Below, one piece after another: positions 20,050-29,524 of a stretch of 64,000 bases of DNA; position 1 is the first letter of the stretch; every line of letters begins with the position of its first letter. A program made the translations under genes and the position numbers. The notes beneath the pieces were generated by a model. It saw nothing but the letters and a program-made list of their open reading frames with translations, was not told the origin of the DNA and did not search any database. The DNA comes from Spirochaetaceae bacterium (GTDB lineage Bacteria > Spirochaetota > Spirochaetia > Treponematales > Breznakiellaceae): assembly GCA_031278215.1 (NCBI GenBank), contig JAITKV010000012.1, positions 4,874 through 68,873 of the forward strand, in the 5' to 3' direction.

Positions 20050-21567
20050 TTATGACAGGATGCGGTTAATCGCCGCGGCCGCCTGCCGGCCTTCGCCCAT
20101 GGCCAGGATCACCGTGGCCGCCCCCAAGACTATATCGCCCCCGGCATAGACCTTGTCCAGGCTGGTTTTTTGGGTTTCGTCCACAATAATCCGGCCCCTC
20201 CTGTCGGCGCTTAGGTTTTTTGTGGTTCTGGCGATCAGGGGGTTGGACTCGTTTCCCAGGGCAACGATTACCGTGTCGCAGTTAAACATATACTCGGATC
20301 CTTTAATTGCCACGGGACTTCGGCGGCCCGAATCGTCCGGCTCGCCCAGCTCGTATGTAAGCAGCTCTATCCCCGTAACCCGGCCCTGATCGTCCCCAAG
20401 AAACTGTACAGGGTTTCGCAAAAAGTCAAAAATAATGCCCTCTTCGGCGGCGTGTTCAATTTCTTCCGCCCGGGCGGGCATTTCGTTCCTGGTCCGGCGG
20501 TATACGACATGAACCTGTTCCGATCCAAGCCGCAGCGCCATCCGGGCCGCGTCCATGGCCACATTGCCCCCGCCGATAACGGCGGTAATTTTTGACTCGT
20601 ACATGGGGGTGGCGGCTTTTTCCGCATCGTAGGCCTTCATTAAATTTGCCCGGGTAAGGTACTCGTTGGCGCTCATTACCCCCACCAGGTTTTCGCCGGG
20701 GCAGTTTAAAAATTTCGGCAGCCCCGCTCCCACCCCGATAAAGACCGCATCGTAGCCGCGGCAAAGGGGATTTTCCGGCGTTCCGGTTTTGTCCAGCAGT
20801 TCCGCGATTGTGCCGGTACGGCCCACCAGGAAGTTTGTTTCGATTTTAACCCCCATTTTGGACAGGATGTCAACTTCTTCCTGAACTATGGATTTAGGAA
20901 GCCGGAATTCGGGGATGCCGTAGACCATAACTCCCCCGGGTTTATGAAACGCTTCCAGAATTGTTACCCCGTGTCCTTCCCTGGCTACATCCGCTGCCAC
21001 GGTAAGGCCCGCGGGCCCCGAGCCGATGACGGCGACTTTTTTGTTTGTGGGGGCCTTTACCGTGGGAATTGTAACTTTCCCGTTTTCCCGCTCCCAGTCG
21101 GCCACAAAACGCTCCAAACGGCCGATGGCTACGGCCTTTTCAACGCTCCGGAGCATTTTTCCCAGGGTACATTCGGCCTGACATTGCTTTTCCTGGGGAC
21201 AAACCCGTCCGCAGACCGCGGGAAGCAGATTTGTCTCTTTGATAATGTCTACCGCCTCTTTAAAAAGGCCCTTTTGAATTTCTGTAATAAACCGGGGAAT
21301 GGGTACCGCCACGGGGCAGCCTTTAACGCAGGGCTGGTTTTTACAACCCAGGCAGCGTTCCGCTTCAAGCCGGGCTTGGGCCTCGGTGTACCCCAGGGCG
21401 ACTTCGCTTACATTTTTGCCCCGTTCCCGTGGATCCTGGGCGGGCATTTCCTGGGGGGGAATAGCGGAACGGTCCCGGGCGCTTAGGGGGCCCAGGGCTT
21501 TTTTTCCCGTGATGGATGCAAGAAGGGCCTCTGCCCCGGCGCTTAAGGCCGTCTTTGTTTTGTTCAT
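20050..21567 (-). CDS. nfnB: NADPH-dependent glutamate synthase small-chain-like oxidoreductase (NfnB/SudA-type)
   Basis: Two Cys clusters (CLGCKNQPCVKGCP, CGRVCP..C...C), Rossmann motifs VAVIGSGPAGL and VIGGGNVAMD, and pairing with the NfnA-like gene. Confidence 0.8.
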   Translation of the reverse strand: MNKTKTALSAGAEALLASITGKKALGPLSARDRSAIPPQEMPAQDPRERGKNVSEVALGYTEAQARLEAERCLGCKNQPCVKGCPVAVPIPRFITEIQKGLFKEAVDIIKETNLLPAVCGRVCPQEKQCQAECTLGKMLRSVEKAVAIGRLERFVADWERENGKVTIPTVKAPTNKKVAVIGSGPAGLTVAADVAREGHGVTILEAFHKPGGVMVYGIPEFRLPKSIVQEEVDILSKMGVKIETNFLVGRTGTIAELLDKTGTPENPLCRGYDAVFIGVGAGLPKFLNCPGENLVGVMSANEYLTRANLMKAYDAEKAATPMYESKITAVIGGGNVAMDAARMALRLGSEQVHVVYRRTRNEMPARAEEIEHAAEEGIIFDFLRNPVQFLGDDQGRVTGIELLTYELGEPDDSGRRSPVAIKGSEYMFNCDTVIVALGNESNPLIARTTKNLSADRRGRIIVDETQKTSLDKVYAGGDIVLGAATVILAMGEGRQAAAAINRILS

Positions 21568-21584
21568 GCCGTGTCCTGCTGTAC

Positions 21585-22433
21585 TTATTGGGGCGTCGAG
21601 CCCGCAGGCCCCAGGCCGATACGACAGCGGTGGTGATCCCGTTCTTCCCGGGCCTTGAAGGCCCTCATGCGGAGCATCATGTTGTCAAAATCAACCTTGT
21701 GGCCGTCAAATTCGGGGCCGTCAACGCATACAAATTTTGTTTCGCCCCCCACGGTTACCCGGCAGCCCCCGCACATTCCCGTACCGTCGATCATAATCGT
21801 GTTAAGGGAGACAAAAATGGGAACGCCGAATTCGGCGGTGGTTTTTTCGCAGAATTTCATCATGATGGGCGGGCCGATGGCGACGCTCATATCCGGTTTT
21901 GGGTTCTGCGAACAGTATTCTTTAAGGGGTTCTGTAACCAGGGCCTTTCTACCGTAGGATCCGTCGTCGGTAACGATGGTAAGTTCGTCCGCATAGTCTT
22001 GCATGCGGTCTTCAAAAATAACCAATTCTTTGGTTCTGGCGCCGATGATTACCGACACCCGGTTTCCCGCGGCCTTCATGGCCTGTACGATAGGGAACAG
22101 GGGGGCCGCGCCGATGCCGCCCCCCACGCAGACCACATGGCCAAAGTTTTCAATGTGGGTGGGATTTCCCAGGGGGCCCAGGATATTTTCTATGTAATCC
22201 CCCGGTTCCTTGAGCGCCAATTTATAGGTGCTGGCCCCCACGGTTTGAAATACGATGGTTAAATTCCCCGCCGCCGCGTCGGCAATGGTAAGGGGAATCC
22301 GTTCGCCCCAGTCCGTGTCAATTTGGACAATGATAAATTGACCCGCCCTGCGGGCCGCGGCGATTAGGGGGGCTTCCACCAGCATCTCGTATACATCCGC
22401 CGAAAGCCGCCTTTTTTTAAGAATTTTATTCAT
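21585..22433 (-). CDS. nfnA: Sulfide/dihydroorotate dehydrogenase-like FAD/NAD-binding subunit (NfnA/SudB-type)
   Basis: Ferredoxin-NADP reductase fold (RIPLTIAD, VCVGGGIGAAP) with a C-terminal 2Fe-2S Cys cluster (GTGMCGGCRV....VCVDGP). Confidence 0.8.
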   Translation of the reverse strand: MNKILKKRRLSADVYEMLVEAPLIAAARRAGQFIIVQIDTDWGERIPLTIADAAAGNLTIVFQTVGASTYKLALKEPGDYIENILGPLGNPTHIENFGHVVCVGGGIGAAPLFPIVQAMKAAGNRVSVIIGARTKELVIFEDRMQDYADELTIVTDDGSYGRKALVTEPLKEYCSQNPKPDMSVAIGPPIMMKFCEKTTAEFGVPIFVSLNTIMIDGTGMCGGCRVTVGGETKFVCVDGPEFDGHKVDFDNMMLRMRAFKAREERDHHRCRIGLGPAGSTPQ

Positions 22434-22611
22434 TTCGTTATTTTACTATAGAAAAAAGCGAAATAAATCTCAAGGTCCGCGGAGCGCCGGACCGCCGGAC
22501 CGCAGGAAAGACGCCGGGATTTTTAAAAAATCTCTTCCGTGAGCCATTCCCAAAACCCTTTTTTCCCGAAAACCCTTGAAAAAATCTTACTTTTAGATGA
22601 ATTTTTAGTGA

Positions 22612-22640
22612 TTGACAGACAAGTCCCTGGACAGTATAAG
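22612..22640 (+). promoter_or_regulatory. Near-consensus sigma70 promoter of the hemerythrin gene
   Basis: TTGACA (22612-22617), a 17-nt spacer, then TATAAG (22635-22640). Confidence 0.6.
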
Positions 22641-22704
22641 AAAATTAGGAGAAACTGAAAAGGGTCCATTGCTTATTAAGCCTATGGATTTAATAGGAGA
22701 TTAT

Positions 22705-23220
22705 ATGGCAAAAAACAATCTGGTTGAATGGTCCGATCGCTACCGCATCGGAATTCCGCTTATTGACGAGCAGCATAAAAAGCTGATTGACATGACCAAT
22801 ACGCTGTATACCGGATGCCTTGAAGGAGACAGGGCCGCCCGGATATATTTTTTAAAGACCATCCACGATGCGGTGGATTATGTACGGTTTCATTTTTCCA
22901 CCGAAGAAAAACTGCTGGAACGCATTAAATATCCCGATCTTGCGGCCCATAAAAAAGAGCACGAAGACTTTGCCAGGGAAATTATTTCTCAGGTGCAGGC
23001 CTTTCAAATGGGAAAAGCCTTCGTTCCCAACGTGTTTGTCCGCTACCTTCGGGACTGGGTGTTAACCCATATTGCCGTATCGGATAAATTATACGCCGCG
23101 TATCTGCTGGAACTGAAAAAGCAGGGGGTGTTGTTTAACCTGGCTATAAAGGCCGAATACGCGGCGATGCGCATCCGGCGCTGGCTGGGCAGGGCGCCGG
23201 TATACGGCAGGGACCCCTAG
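22705..23220 (+). CDS. Bacteriohemerythrin-like protein
   Basis: W.D.Y.IGI..IDEQHKKL..., HF..EE.L......P....HK.EH..F and ....L..W...HI...D motifs. AGGAG lies 5 nt before the ATG at 22705. The ORF-track start at 22612 falls in the -35 box. Confidence 0.85.
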   Translation: MAKNNLVEWSDRYRIGIPLIDEQHKKLIDMTNTLYTGCLEGDRAARIYFLKTIHDAVDYVRFHFSTEEKLLERIKYPDLAAHKKEHEDFAREIISQVQAFQMGKAFVPNVFVRYLRDWVLTHIAVSDKLYAAYLLELKKQGVLFNLAIKAEYAAMRIRRWLGRAPVYGRDP

Positions 23221-23254
23221 GGCCCCGGCGGAATTTCCGGGTGTTCCCTGTGGT

Positions 23255-24397
23255 TTAAAAGGCCTGTTTAAGCAAATCGTAGGCGTCTTCGGAAGAAACG
23301 GTCCAGGGAGAAAAAGCCACAAATTCCAGGTTCCGGGCGGCTTCGGCAATGGGGACCAGCCGGTCCAGGGAAAGATCGTAGTCTTTAAAGCGGGCGGGGA
23401 CCTGTAAAATGCCCATCCGGCGGCGGATCGCGTCCACCGCCGCGGCGGCGGATTCGGAAACCGGCGCGCCCACTACGGGTTCGCCCATAAGGCTGGCTAT
23501 TTTGGCAAGTTTTTCGGGCCGGGCGGAAACAAGCTTTTCCAGGATGTAGGGAAGCAGGATCGTGGAACACCAGGATTTTGCCACCGGGAACCGGCCGTTC
23601 AGGGCAAAAGCCAGGGCGGTGCCTATGCCGGGGGAAGAAACCGCACAGCCCAGGGCTATAAGAAGCCCCGCGTTGGTGGCCCCGCCGGCCATATCAAAGA
23701 GCTTGTTGTCTATATACGAGTCCATCATCTGGGTGTACAGAAGGATCGCCTGTTCCAGGAGCGCATCGGAAAGGAACGAAGCCTTGGTGGAACAATAGGC
23801 CTCCACGGCTACGCAAAAGCCGTCGAAGGCGGTGGTGGAGGCAAACTTTCCGGAAAGAGATTCGGAAAGGCCCCCGTCCACAATGGCCGCGACGCAAAGT
23901 CCCTGGGGTGACTTCATCAGCTTTGCCGAACGATCCCGGGGATCCACCACCACAAAGTACCGGGAAAAAAGGAAGGGGTCCCTGCCGGTGGTTGGGATGG
24001 CCACATAGGGAATAAAATCCACCGGCGGGTTCGTCCCGTCTATAAGGTCAAATATATTTATCCGGGTTTTGACGATCATGGCCGCGGTTCGGGCTATGGA
24101 TTGGGTTTTAAGCCCCCCAAACCCGATAATAACCGCGCACCGGGCGCCCCGGGCCAGGATAGCCACCGCTTCCGCCACGTCTACGGTGGTCTGGGGCGGT
24201 ACTTCGTCAAAGATAATGGCCTCTATTCCCGCCTCTTCCAGGACCGCGCTAAGCCGTTCTATACTCCGGTTTTCGTACAATACCTGTTCGGTTACAATAA
24301 GGGCGCGGCTTCCAAATTCACCACAGAGGGTTCCCGCCCGGTTAACCGTGTCTACGCCTATGATAATTTCCGGATCTAACTGTAACGATATGTCCAT
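23255..24397 (-). CDS. Iron-containing (group III) alcohol dehydrogenase family protein
   Basis: About 381 aa with Fe-ADH fold patterns (ALIVTEQ..., VIIGFGGLKT, AIPTT). AAGGAG RBS lies before the MDISLQL start. The longer ORF-track start would overlap flgM. Confidence 0.75.
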   Translation of the reverse strand: MDISLQLDPEIIIGVDTVNRAGTLCGEFGSRALIVTEQVLYENRSIERLSAVLEEAGIEAIIFDEVPPQTTVDVAEAVAILARGARCAVIIGFGGLKTQSIARTAAMIVKTRINIFDLIDGTNPPVDFIPYVAIPTTGRDPFLFSRYFVVVDPRDRSAKLMKSPQGLCVAAIVDGGLSESLSGKFASTTAFDGFCVAVEAYCSTKASFLSDALLEQAILLYTQMMDSYIDNKLFDMAGGATNAGLLIALGCAVSSPGIGTALAFALNGRFPVAKSWCSTILLPYILEKLVSARPEKLAKIASLMGEPVVGAPVSESAAAAVDAIRRRMGILQVPARFKDYDLSLDRLVPIAEAARNLEFVAFSPWTVSSEDAYDLLKQAF

Positions 24398-24413
24398 AGA
24401 AGGGCTCCTTGCT

Positions 24414-24447
24414 AAAAAAAAGCGGAACCGGTATTCCCTGTTCCGCC
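24414..24447 (-). terminator. Rho-independent terminator downstream of flgM
   Basis: On the minus strand: GCGGAAC-loop-GTTCCGC followed by T8. Confidence 0.7.
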
Positions 24448-24479
24448 TTCCGCATGCTGCTTGGATACGCCATTGTAAT

Positions 24480-24764
24480 TTACAGCCCAAAGGCGTCCAT
24501 AATTTTATCCGCCGTGGCCCGGATAATCGTGTCGTTGATGTAGGAAGGGTCGTTAATTTTTGCCTTAAGTTCGGCAACTCTTTCGGCTCGCACGTCTTCC
24601 GCCCCGGAAGCCAGATCCATGGCCCGGTACAGTTCGGCCTTTTCTATCGCCTCCGAAGAAAGAGAAACGGAGTCGGACTCTTTGCCTTTTTCTGTCTGAC
24701 CATTCCGCCCGGACTTTTTTCCGGGTTGCAAGGGTTCTAGATTATTTATCCTGTCGATCATCAT
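24480..24764 (-). CDS. flgM: Anti-sigma-28 factor FlgM
   Basis: About 94 aa. The C-terminal pattern R.ERVAELKAKI..PSY.....I...ADKI is typical of FlgM. Confidence 0.7.
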   Translation of the reverse strand: MMIDRINNLEPLQPGKKSGRNGQTEKGKESDSVSLSSEAIEKAELYRAMDLASGAEDVRAERVAELKAKINDPSYINDTIIRATADKIMDAFGL

Positions 24765-24816
24765 ATCACACCCTACCTGTCTTTATTATCGGCAACTTCA
24801 ATAATAAGTTTAAACC

Positions 24817-25554
24817 TTATTTGTATTTATGCCCAGACACATACAGGGTAAATTCACCTATGGGCCGGTCTTTTTCGGCAAAAAACGCGTAAATTTCTCC
24901 GGTGGAACCCCGTTTGTATTCTTCGTGTATTTTAGTCATCTCCCTGCCGACGCAGATGTACCGTTCTCTGTCAAGATCGGCTAATTCTTCTAAAAGTTTA
25001 AGGACCCGAAAGGGAGATTCATAAAGTACAAAGGCCCAGCCGGTGCCCAGCAACTCCTTAAGCCGGGACCGGCGGCGGGCCGGTTTGGGGGACAAAAAGC
25101 CTTCAAAAACCACCGTTTTGTCCTTTCCCCCGGCGACGGAAAGGAGGGCCGCGAACGCGGAAGGGCCCGGTACGGGGATGACCTGGTGGCCCGCCGCCGC
25201 CGCCGCCGCGGCCAAGGATGCTCCGGGATCGCTTATGGCGGGGGTTCCCGCATCGCTGGCATAGACCGCGGTTTTGCCCTTGTCCAGGGCGGCGATTATC
25301 CGGGCCGCGGCGGCCTTTTCGTTCTGGGCCCGGCAGGAAAGAAGGGGCTTGCGGATACCCAGGTGGCTAAGAAGCCGCAGGGTGCACCGGGTATCTTCGC
25401 AGGCTACCAGGTCTGCGGATTTAAGGATCTCCACCCCCCGGAATGTTAAATCCCCCAGATTTCCAATGGGAGTGCCGATAATATACAATACTGCCACCGG
25501 TATTAGTATATATTTAAGGTAGCGGCGCGTAAATGGCGGCTTTTCTTCAAGCAT
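24817..25554 (-). CDS. rsmI: 16S rRNA (cytidine1402-2'-O)-methyltransferase
   Basis: LYIIGTPIGNLGDLTFRGVEILKSADLVACEDTR, a tetrapyrrole-methylase fold. The exact start is uncertain. Confidence 0.9.
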   Translation of the reverse strand: MLEEKPPFTRRYLKYILIPVAVLYIIGTPIGNLGDLTFRGVEILKSADLVACEDTRCTLRLLSHLGIRKPLLSCRAQNEKAAAARIIAALDKGKTAVYASDAGTPAISDPGASLAAAAAAAGHQVIPVPGPSAFAALLSVAGGKDKTVVFEGFLSPKPARRRSRLKELLGTGWAFVLYESPFRVLKLLEELADLDRERYICVGREMTKIHEEYKRGSTGEIYAFFAEKDRPIGEFTLYVSGHKYK

Positions 25555-25961
25555 TATTGCTAACCCTGGGGGGAATGGTTCTTCTGTGGCTTGGCTTTAC
25601 CCTGTTTTTTGCCCTTCCCGGCGGTCTTTCCATGCCCGTGGCGCGGCGAAAGCACCGGAAAAAACAAGCCGCCGGGGAAAGTTTTCCCGGCGCGCCCCGG
25701 ACCTGTCCGGTTTGTTCCGCCCGGCTGGAACGGGGGGAACGGGTTAAATCTTCGGTGTTTCCTTCCATGGGCGGGGCGGACCGGTTTATGCACATTGCCG
25801 GCTGCGTATACTGCCTTGAAGGGGGCCGCCGCCGGGTCTGCCCCGTCTGCGGGGCGGTACTCCGGACAGACGACTTTCTGCTTGCCCGGCTTTTTGAAAA
25901 ACCCCGCCGGTCCCATGTCCATGTGTTTGGCTGCACACGGTGTAAAATGCGGCGAAAGTAG
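25533..25961 (+). CDS. Hypothetical membrane-anchored protein with four CxxC pairs (two zinc-ribbon-like modules)
   Basis: ORF only. N-terminal TM helix, then CPVC..., CVYC, CPVC and CTRC. It overlaps the annotated rsmI start divergently by about 22 nt. Confidence 0.4.
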   Translation: MAAFLQALLLTLGGMVLLWLGFTLFFALPGGLSMPVARRKHRKKQAAGESFPGAPRTCPVCSARLERGERVKSSVFPSMGGADRFMHIAGCVYCLEGGRRRVCPVCGAVLRTDDFLLARLFEKPRRSHVHVFGCTRCKMRRK

Positions 25962-26027
25962 AGCCGTTCTCAAAACCCGGTTGGTTTTAGGAATGTTTCG
26001 GCAGTATAAAAAATAGTATAATAAACC

Positions 26028-26795
26028 ATGGTCGAACTTTCGGCGCCCCTGGTGTTTGCCGCGGGCCTTCTTTCGTTTCTTTCTCCCTGTGTGCTGCCCT
26101 TAATTCCGTCGTACCTGAGCATTCTGGGCAGCGTTAAGGGCGGGGCGGGGGCTAAGGCGGCCCTGTTTTTTACCACCCTAAGCTTTATCCTGGGATTTAG
26201 CGCCGTCTTTATTGTGTTGAGCGTGCTTATCTCTGCAAGCTTTTTGCTGATGGGGGGAATTTCAATATACCTTCGCATGGCCGCGGGGATTATGGTGATT
26301 ATCCTGGGAGTGAACGTTCTTTTTGATTTTCTGGCATTTCTAAACTACGAAAAACGCCTTCACCTGTCCGTCCGTCCGGGGGGATTTGCGGGAAGTTTTA
26401 TAGCCGGGGCCTGTTTTGGCATGGGCTGGACCCCCTGCATAGGCCCCGTCCTTACCAGCGTCCTGATTCTGGCGGGGCAGAGCGGTAAAACGGGGATCGC
26501 CGTCCTGTACCTGGCGCTGTATTCCGCCGGTCTGGGCCTGCCCTTCCTGGGGGCGGCGCTTTTTTTTGACCGCTTTTTGGTTTCCTCAAAATGGTTTCGC
26601 GCCCATTCTGCGGTACTGCAAAGGATAAGCGGTTTTCTTCTTATTTGTTTTGGCCTGATGATTTTAAGCGGCGGTTTTTCTTTCTTGAATACGCTTATCC
26701 AAAAATGGCAGTATCAATTTATCGCCTGGGCAGAGGATCGGGCCCCGCCGTTCCGGGTTCTGGCCGCTTGGTTAAGCTGGATTTCGGGCATATAA
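26028..26795 (+). CDS. ccdA: Cytochrome c biogenesis protein CcdA (DsbD-family thiol-disulfide electron transporter)
   Basis: FLSPCVLPLIPSYL and TPCIGPVL motifs, with six TM helices. Confidence 0.85.
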   Translation: MVELSAPLVFAAGLLSFLSPCVLPLIPSYLSILGSVKGGAGAKAALFFTTLSFILGFSAVFIVLSVLISASFLLMGGISIYLRMAAGIMVIILGVNVLFDFLAFLNYEKRLHLSVRPGGFAGSFIAGACFGMGWTPCIGPVLTSVLILAGQSGKTGIAVLYLALYSAGLGLPFLGAALFFDRFLVSSKWFRAHSAVLQRISGFLLICFGLMILSGGFSFLNTLIQKWQYQFIAWAEDRAPPFRVLAAWLSWISGI

Positions 26796-26821
26796 TTTTG
26801 GGCATATAAGGAGAAGGCGCC

Positions 26822-27376
26822 ATGAAAAAAACGCTTGTTCTTATGACTGCGGCCTGTTTGCTGCTTTTTCCCCTGGAAGGACAGACCGGCGGCGTTTCCC
26901 GGGAGGTGGAACAGGCCTTTGCGGAGGCGAATCTTCCGGTTCTGCGGCAGCGGGTCTTTCCGCCTGATTTTTCCCTGCCCCTTCTGGAAGGGGGAAACAT
27001 TTCTCTTTCTGCCCTTAAAGGAAAAGTGGTTCTTCTTAACTTTTGGGCCACCTGGTGCCCTCCCTGCCGAGCAGAAATGCCGTCCATGGAAACCCTGTAC
27101 CGGCGTTTTAAAAACCGGAACTTTGAAATACTTGCGGTGGACTTTGCCGAAAGGCCCGCGGATGTTCAGCGCTTTGTGCGAAGCAACAACTACAGCTTTC
27201 CGGTGGCGCTGGACAGTTCCGGGAAAGTAAGCGGCCTGTACGGTGTACGCAGCATTCCCACCACCTACATCCTTGACCGGGACGGAAGAATAATCCACCG
27301 GATGGCGGGGAGCCTGGACTGGAACAACCGGAAAATCGCCGGGGCCATAGAAACCCTGCTTAAAAGCGGAAGCTAG
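26822..27376 (+). CDS. TlpA/ResA-family periplasmic thiol:disulfide oxidoreductase
   Basis: Signal peptide, a thioredoxin fold with FWATWCPPCRAEMP, and an AAGGAG RBS. Confidence 0.85.
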   Translation: MKKTLVLMTAACLLLFPLEGQTGGVSREVEQAFAEANLPVLRQRVFPPDFSLPLLEGGNISLSALKGKVVLLNFWATWCPPCRAEMPSMETLYRRFKNRNFEILAVDFAERPADVQRFVRSNNYSFPVALDSSGKVSGLYGVRSIPTTYILDRDGRIIHRMAGSLDWNNRKIAGAIETLLKSGS

Positions 27377-27581
27377 AGAAACGCTGATTAAATGGCGCCG
27401 GCGGGCTTATGTATAAGAAACCCGGGGACACAGCCGAAAAGCCCTATAAGGATATAGTGGTTGTCCGGTTTTGCATTGATCCGGCCTGCCCCGGTTATGT
27501 AGATTAAGCGCTTACCGCCCCCGTGTATAAACCATGTTCCAAAACCCGGTTAGTTTTAGAACCGCCTTAAGAGCCCTAGAT

Positions 27582-27621
27582 ATTGTTCATTTTTTTTGGT
27601 ATACTAATTAAAATGAACAAT
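27582..27621. promoter_or_regulatory. Perfect 12-bp inverted repeat bracketing an extended -10 (candidate operator plus promoter of the ABC operon)
   Basis: ATTGTTCATTTT-N16-AAAATGAACAAT. The 16-nt spacer contains TGgTATACT (27597-27605). It lies about 55 nt upstream of the SBP start. Confidence 0.55.
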
Positions 27622-27675
27622 CGGGCCGTCAAAATTTTTACGGCCGGTTTGACTAATTTGGCAGGAGTACGCGTA

Positions 27676-28662
27676 ATGAAAAAAACAGGGTTTTGTTTAT
27701 TGGGGGCATTGGCCGTGGCGGGCCTTGTTTCCTGCGGTAGATCCGGCGGTACGGACAACCGGGTTATTATCTATACCAGCACCGAAGATTTCCGGACCGA
27801 ACACATGCAGGAGCTTCTGGGCAAACGGTTCCCGGATTACGACATAGTTTTGGAGGTGCTTTCCACGGGAAACCATGCGGCCAAACTAAAAGCCGAAGGA
27901 ACATCCACCGAGGCGGATATAATTCTTAACCTGGAAACGGGGTATATGGAAAGCCTGGAAGATGTATTTGCCGATCTGTCATCCTTTGATGTGGAACTTT
28001 TTCTTCCTGAACTGGTGCCCCCTTCAAAAAAGTTTCTTCCCTGGGATAAATCTTCCGGGGCCATTGTCATTAACCGGGACAAGCTGGCCGAACAGGGCCT
28101 GCCGGTTCCCGCTTCCTACGAAGACCTGCTTCGGCCCGTTTATAGGGGGCTTATTTCCATGCCCAATCCAAAAAGTTCCGGTACGGGCTATATGTTCCTG
28201 GTAAGCCTGGTGAACGCCTGGGGCGAGGATGCGGCCTTTGAGTACTTTGACAGGCTCGCGGATAATATACTCCAGTTTACCACATCCGGCTCCGGTCCGG
28301 TAAACGCCCTAATCCAGGGCGAGGCGGCCATTGGTCTGGGGATGACCTTGACGGCAACCCAGGCCATCAACAGCCGGGGCCTGCCCCTGGAGATCCTCTT
28401 CTTCCAGGAGGGGGCCCCCAGCATCACCACCGGTATGGCGATTATCAGGGGCAGAGAAGAGCGGCCTATTGTCAGGGAAGTGTTTGAATTTGCCATGACT
28501 ACCCTGGTCCGGGAGGACAAGGAACTGTACTGCCCGGAGCCGGTTTTTAAGGATCAGGGTAATACCATCCCCAACTACCCCAGGGACATTCCCTACGCGG
28601 ATATGACCGGCGTATACGACCAGGACCGGAAGGCCCTGCTTTTGGAACGGTGGAAATACTGA
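27676..28662 (+). CDS. ABC transporter substrate-binding lipoprotein (FbpA/ThiB/PhnS-type, class II PBP)
   Basis: MKKTGFCLLGALAVAGLVSCG lipobox. Overall pattern of the iron(III)/thiamine/2-aminoethylphosphonate SBP family. The substrate cannot be assigned from sequence. Confidence 0.75.
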   Translation: MKKTGFCLLGALAVAGLVSCGRSGGTDNRVIIYTSTEDFRTEHMQELLGKRFPDYDIVLEVLSTGNHAAKLKAEGTSTEADIILNLETGYMESLEDVFADLSSFDVELFLPELVPPSKKFLPWDKSSGAIVINRDKLAEQGLPVPASYEDLLRPVYRGLISMPNPKSSGTGYMFLVSLVNAWGEDAAFEYFDRLADNILQFTTSGSGPVNALIQGEAAIGLGMTLTATQAINSRGLPLEILFFQEGAPSITTGMAIIRGREERPIVREVFEFAMTTLVREDKELYCPEPVFKDQGNTIPNYPRDIPYADMTGVYDQDRKALLLERWKY

Positions 28663-28711
28663 ACGCCGGAACCGGTGGTTTTGCCGCGGCATAATTGGAA
28701 AAGGAGCGGAG

Positions 28712-29524
28712 ATGGCGGAAAAACTTGAAGTAAAAGAACTGGTTCAGGTTTTTAATAACCAAGAGGTGCTGCGCCGGATTAGTTTTTCCGTTAAGGAGGG
28801 GGAATTTCTTTCGATCCTGGGCCCTTCGGGCTGCGGCAAAACTACCATATTGCGGATACTGATAGGCCTTTTGCAGCCCAGTTCGGGAAGGATCCTTAAG
28901 GACGGCAGGGACATTACGAAGTTTCCCGCTTCCAGGCGGAACATGGGCATTGTTTTTCAGAACTATGCCCTGTTTCAAAATATGACGGTCCTGGACAATG
29001 TGGAATACGCGTTAAAATTTACCGGGGAATTCAAGGGCTCTTCCCGGTCCAGGGCAGAAAGCTTGATTGAACAAGTGGGGCTTACGGAACATATCCGGAA
29101 AAAGCCCTACAAGCTTTCCGGGGGCCAGCAGCAACGGGTGGCCATTGCCCGGACCCTGGCGATGAACCCGGAGATAATTCTTTTTGACGAACCCATGTCT
29201 GCCCTGGACGCCGCGACCCGGCTTTTACTGCGGGACGAGATTAAGGAAATCCAGAAAAAATTCCACTCCACCATGATTTATATTACCCACGATCAGGAAG
29301 AATCTTTTAGCCTTTCGGACCGGATCATGGTGATGGATCGCGGAATAATCCACCAAATTGGCGCCCCCGAAGAGATTATCAAAAATCCCGCGGGGGACTT
29401 TGTCCGGGACTTTGTGATTGCCAACCTGCAGCGTAAGATTAATTCCCTGGCAAAGTATATGGGAATAACTACTCCAGAGCGGGCTTCCGCTTCGGACCGC
29501 GAAAAGCCGGCCTATGGCCTTTAG
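28712..29524 (+). CDS. ABC transporter ATP-binding protein
   Basis: Walker [10 protein letters not shown], signature LSGGQQQRV, Walker B ILFDEP, H-loop THD. Confidence 0.9.
   Translation: MAEKLEVKELVQVFNNQEVLRRISFSVKEGEFLSILGPSGCGKTTILRILIGLLQPSSGRILKDGRDITKFPASRRNMGIVFQNYALFQNMTVLDNVEYALKFTGEFKGSSRSRAESLIEQVGLTEHIRKKPYKLSGGQQQRVAIARTLAMNPEIILFDEPMSALDAATRLLLRDEIKEIQKKFHSTMIYITHDQEESFSLSDRIMVMDRGIIHQIGAPEEIIKNPAGDFVRDFVIANLQRKINSLAKYMGITTPERASASDREKPAYGL

Noticed and set aside
22612-22704. The longer ORF-track start (TTG 22612) for the hemerythrin gene.
   Set aside because: Position 22612 is the first base of a TTGACA -35 box with a TATAAG -10 placed 17 nt later. A strong AGGAG RBS precedes the ATG at 22705, and hemerythrins start close to the W.D.Y.IG motif.
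24398-24577. The longer ORF-track start for the Fe-ADH gene, overlapping flgM.
   Set aside because: The extension overlaps flgM and a clear flgM terminator (24414-24447). An AAGGAG RBS precedes the internal MDISLQL start, and the extension is Arg-rich with no homology.
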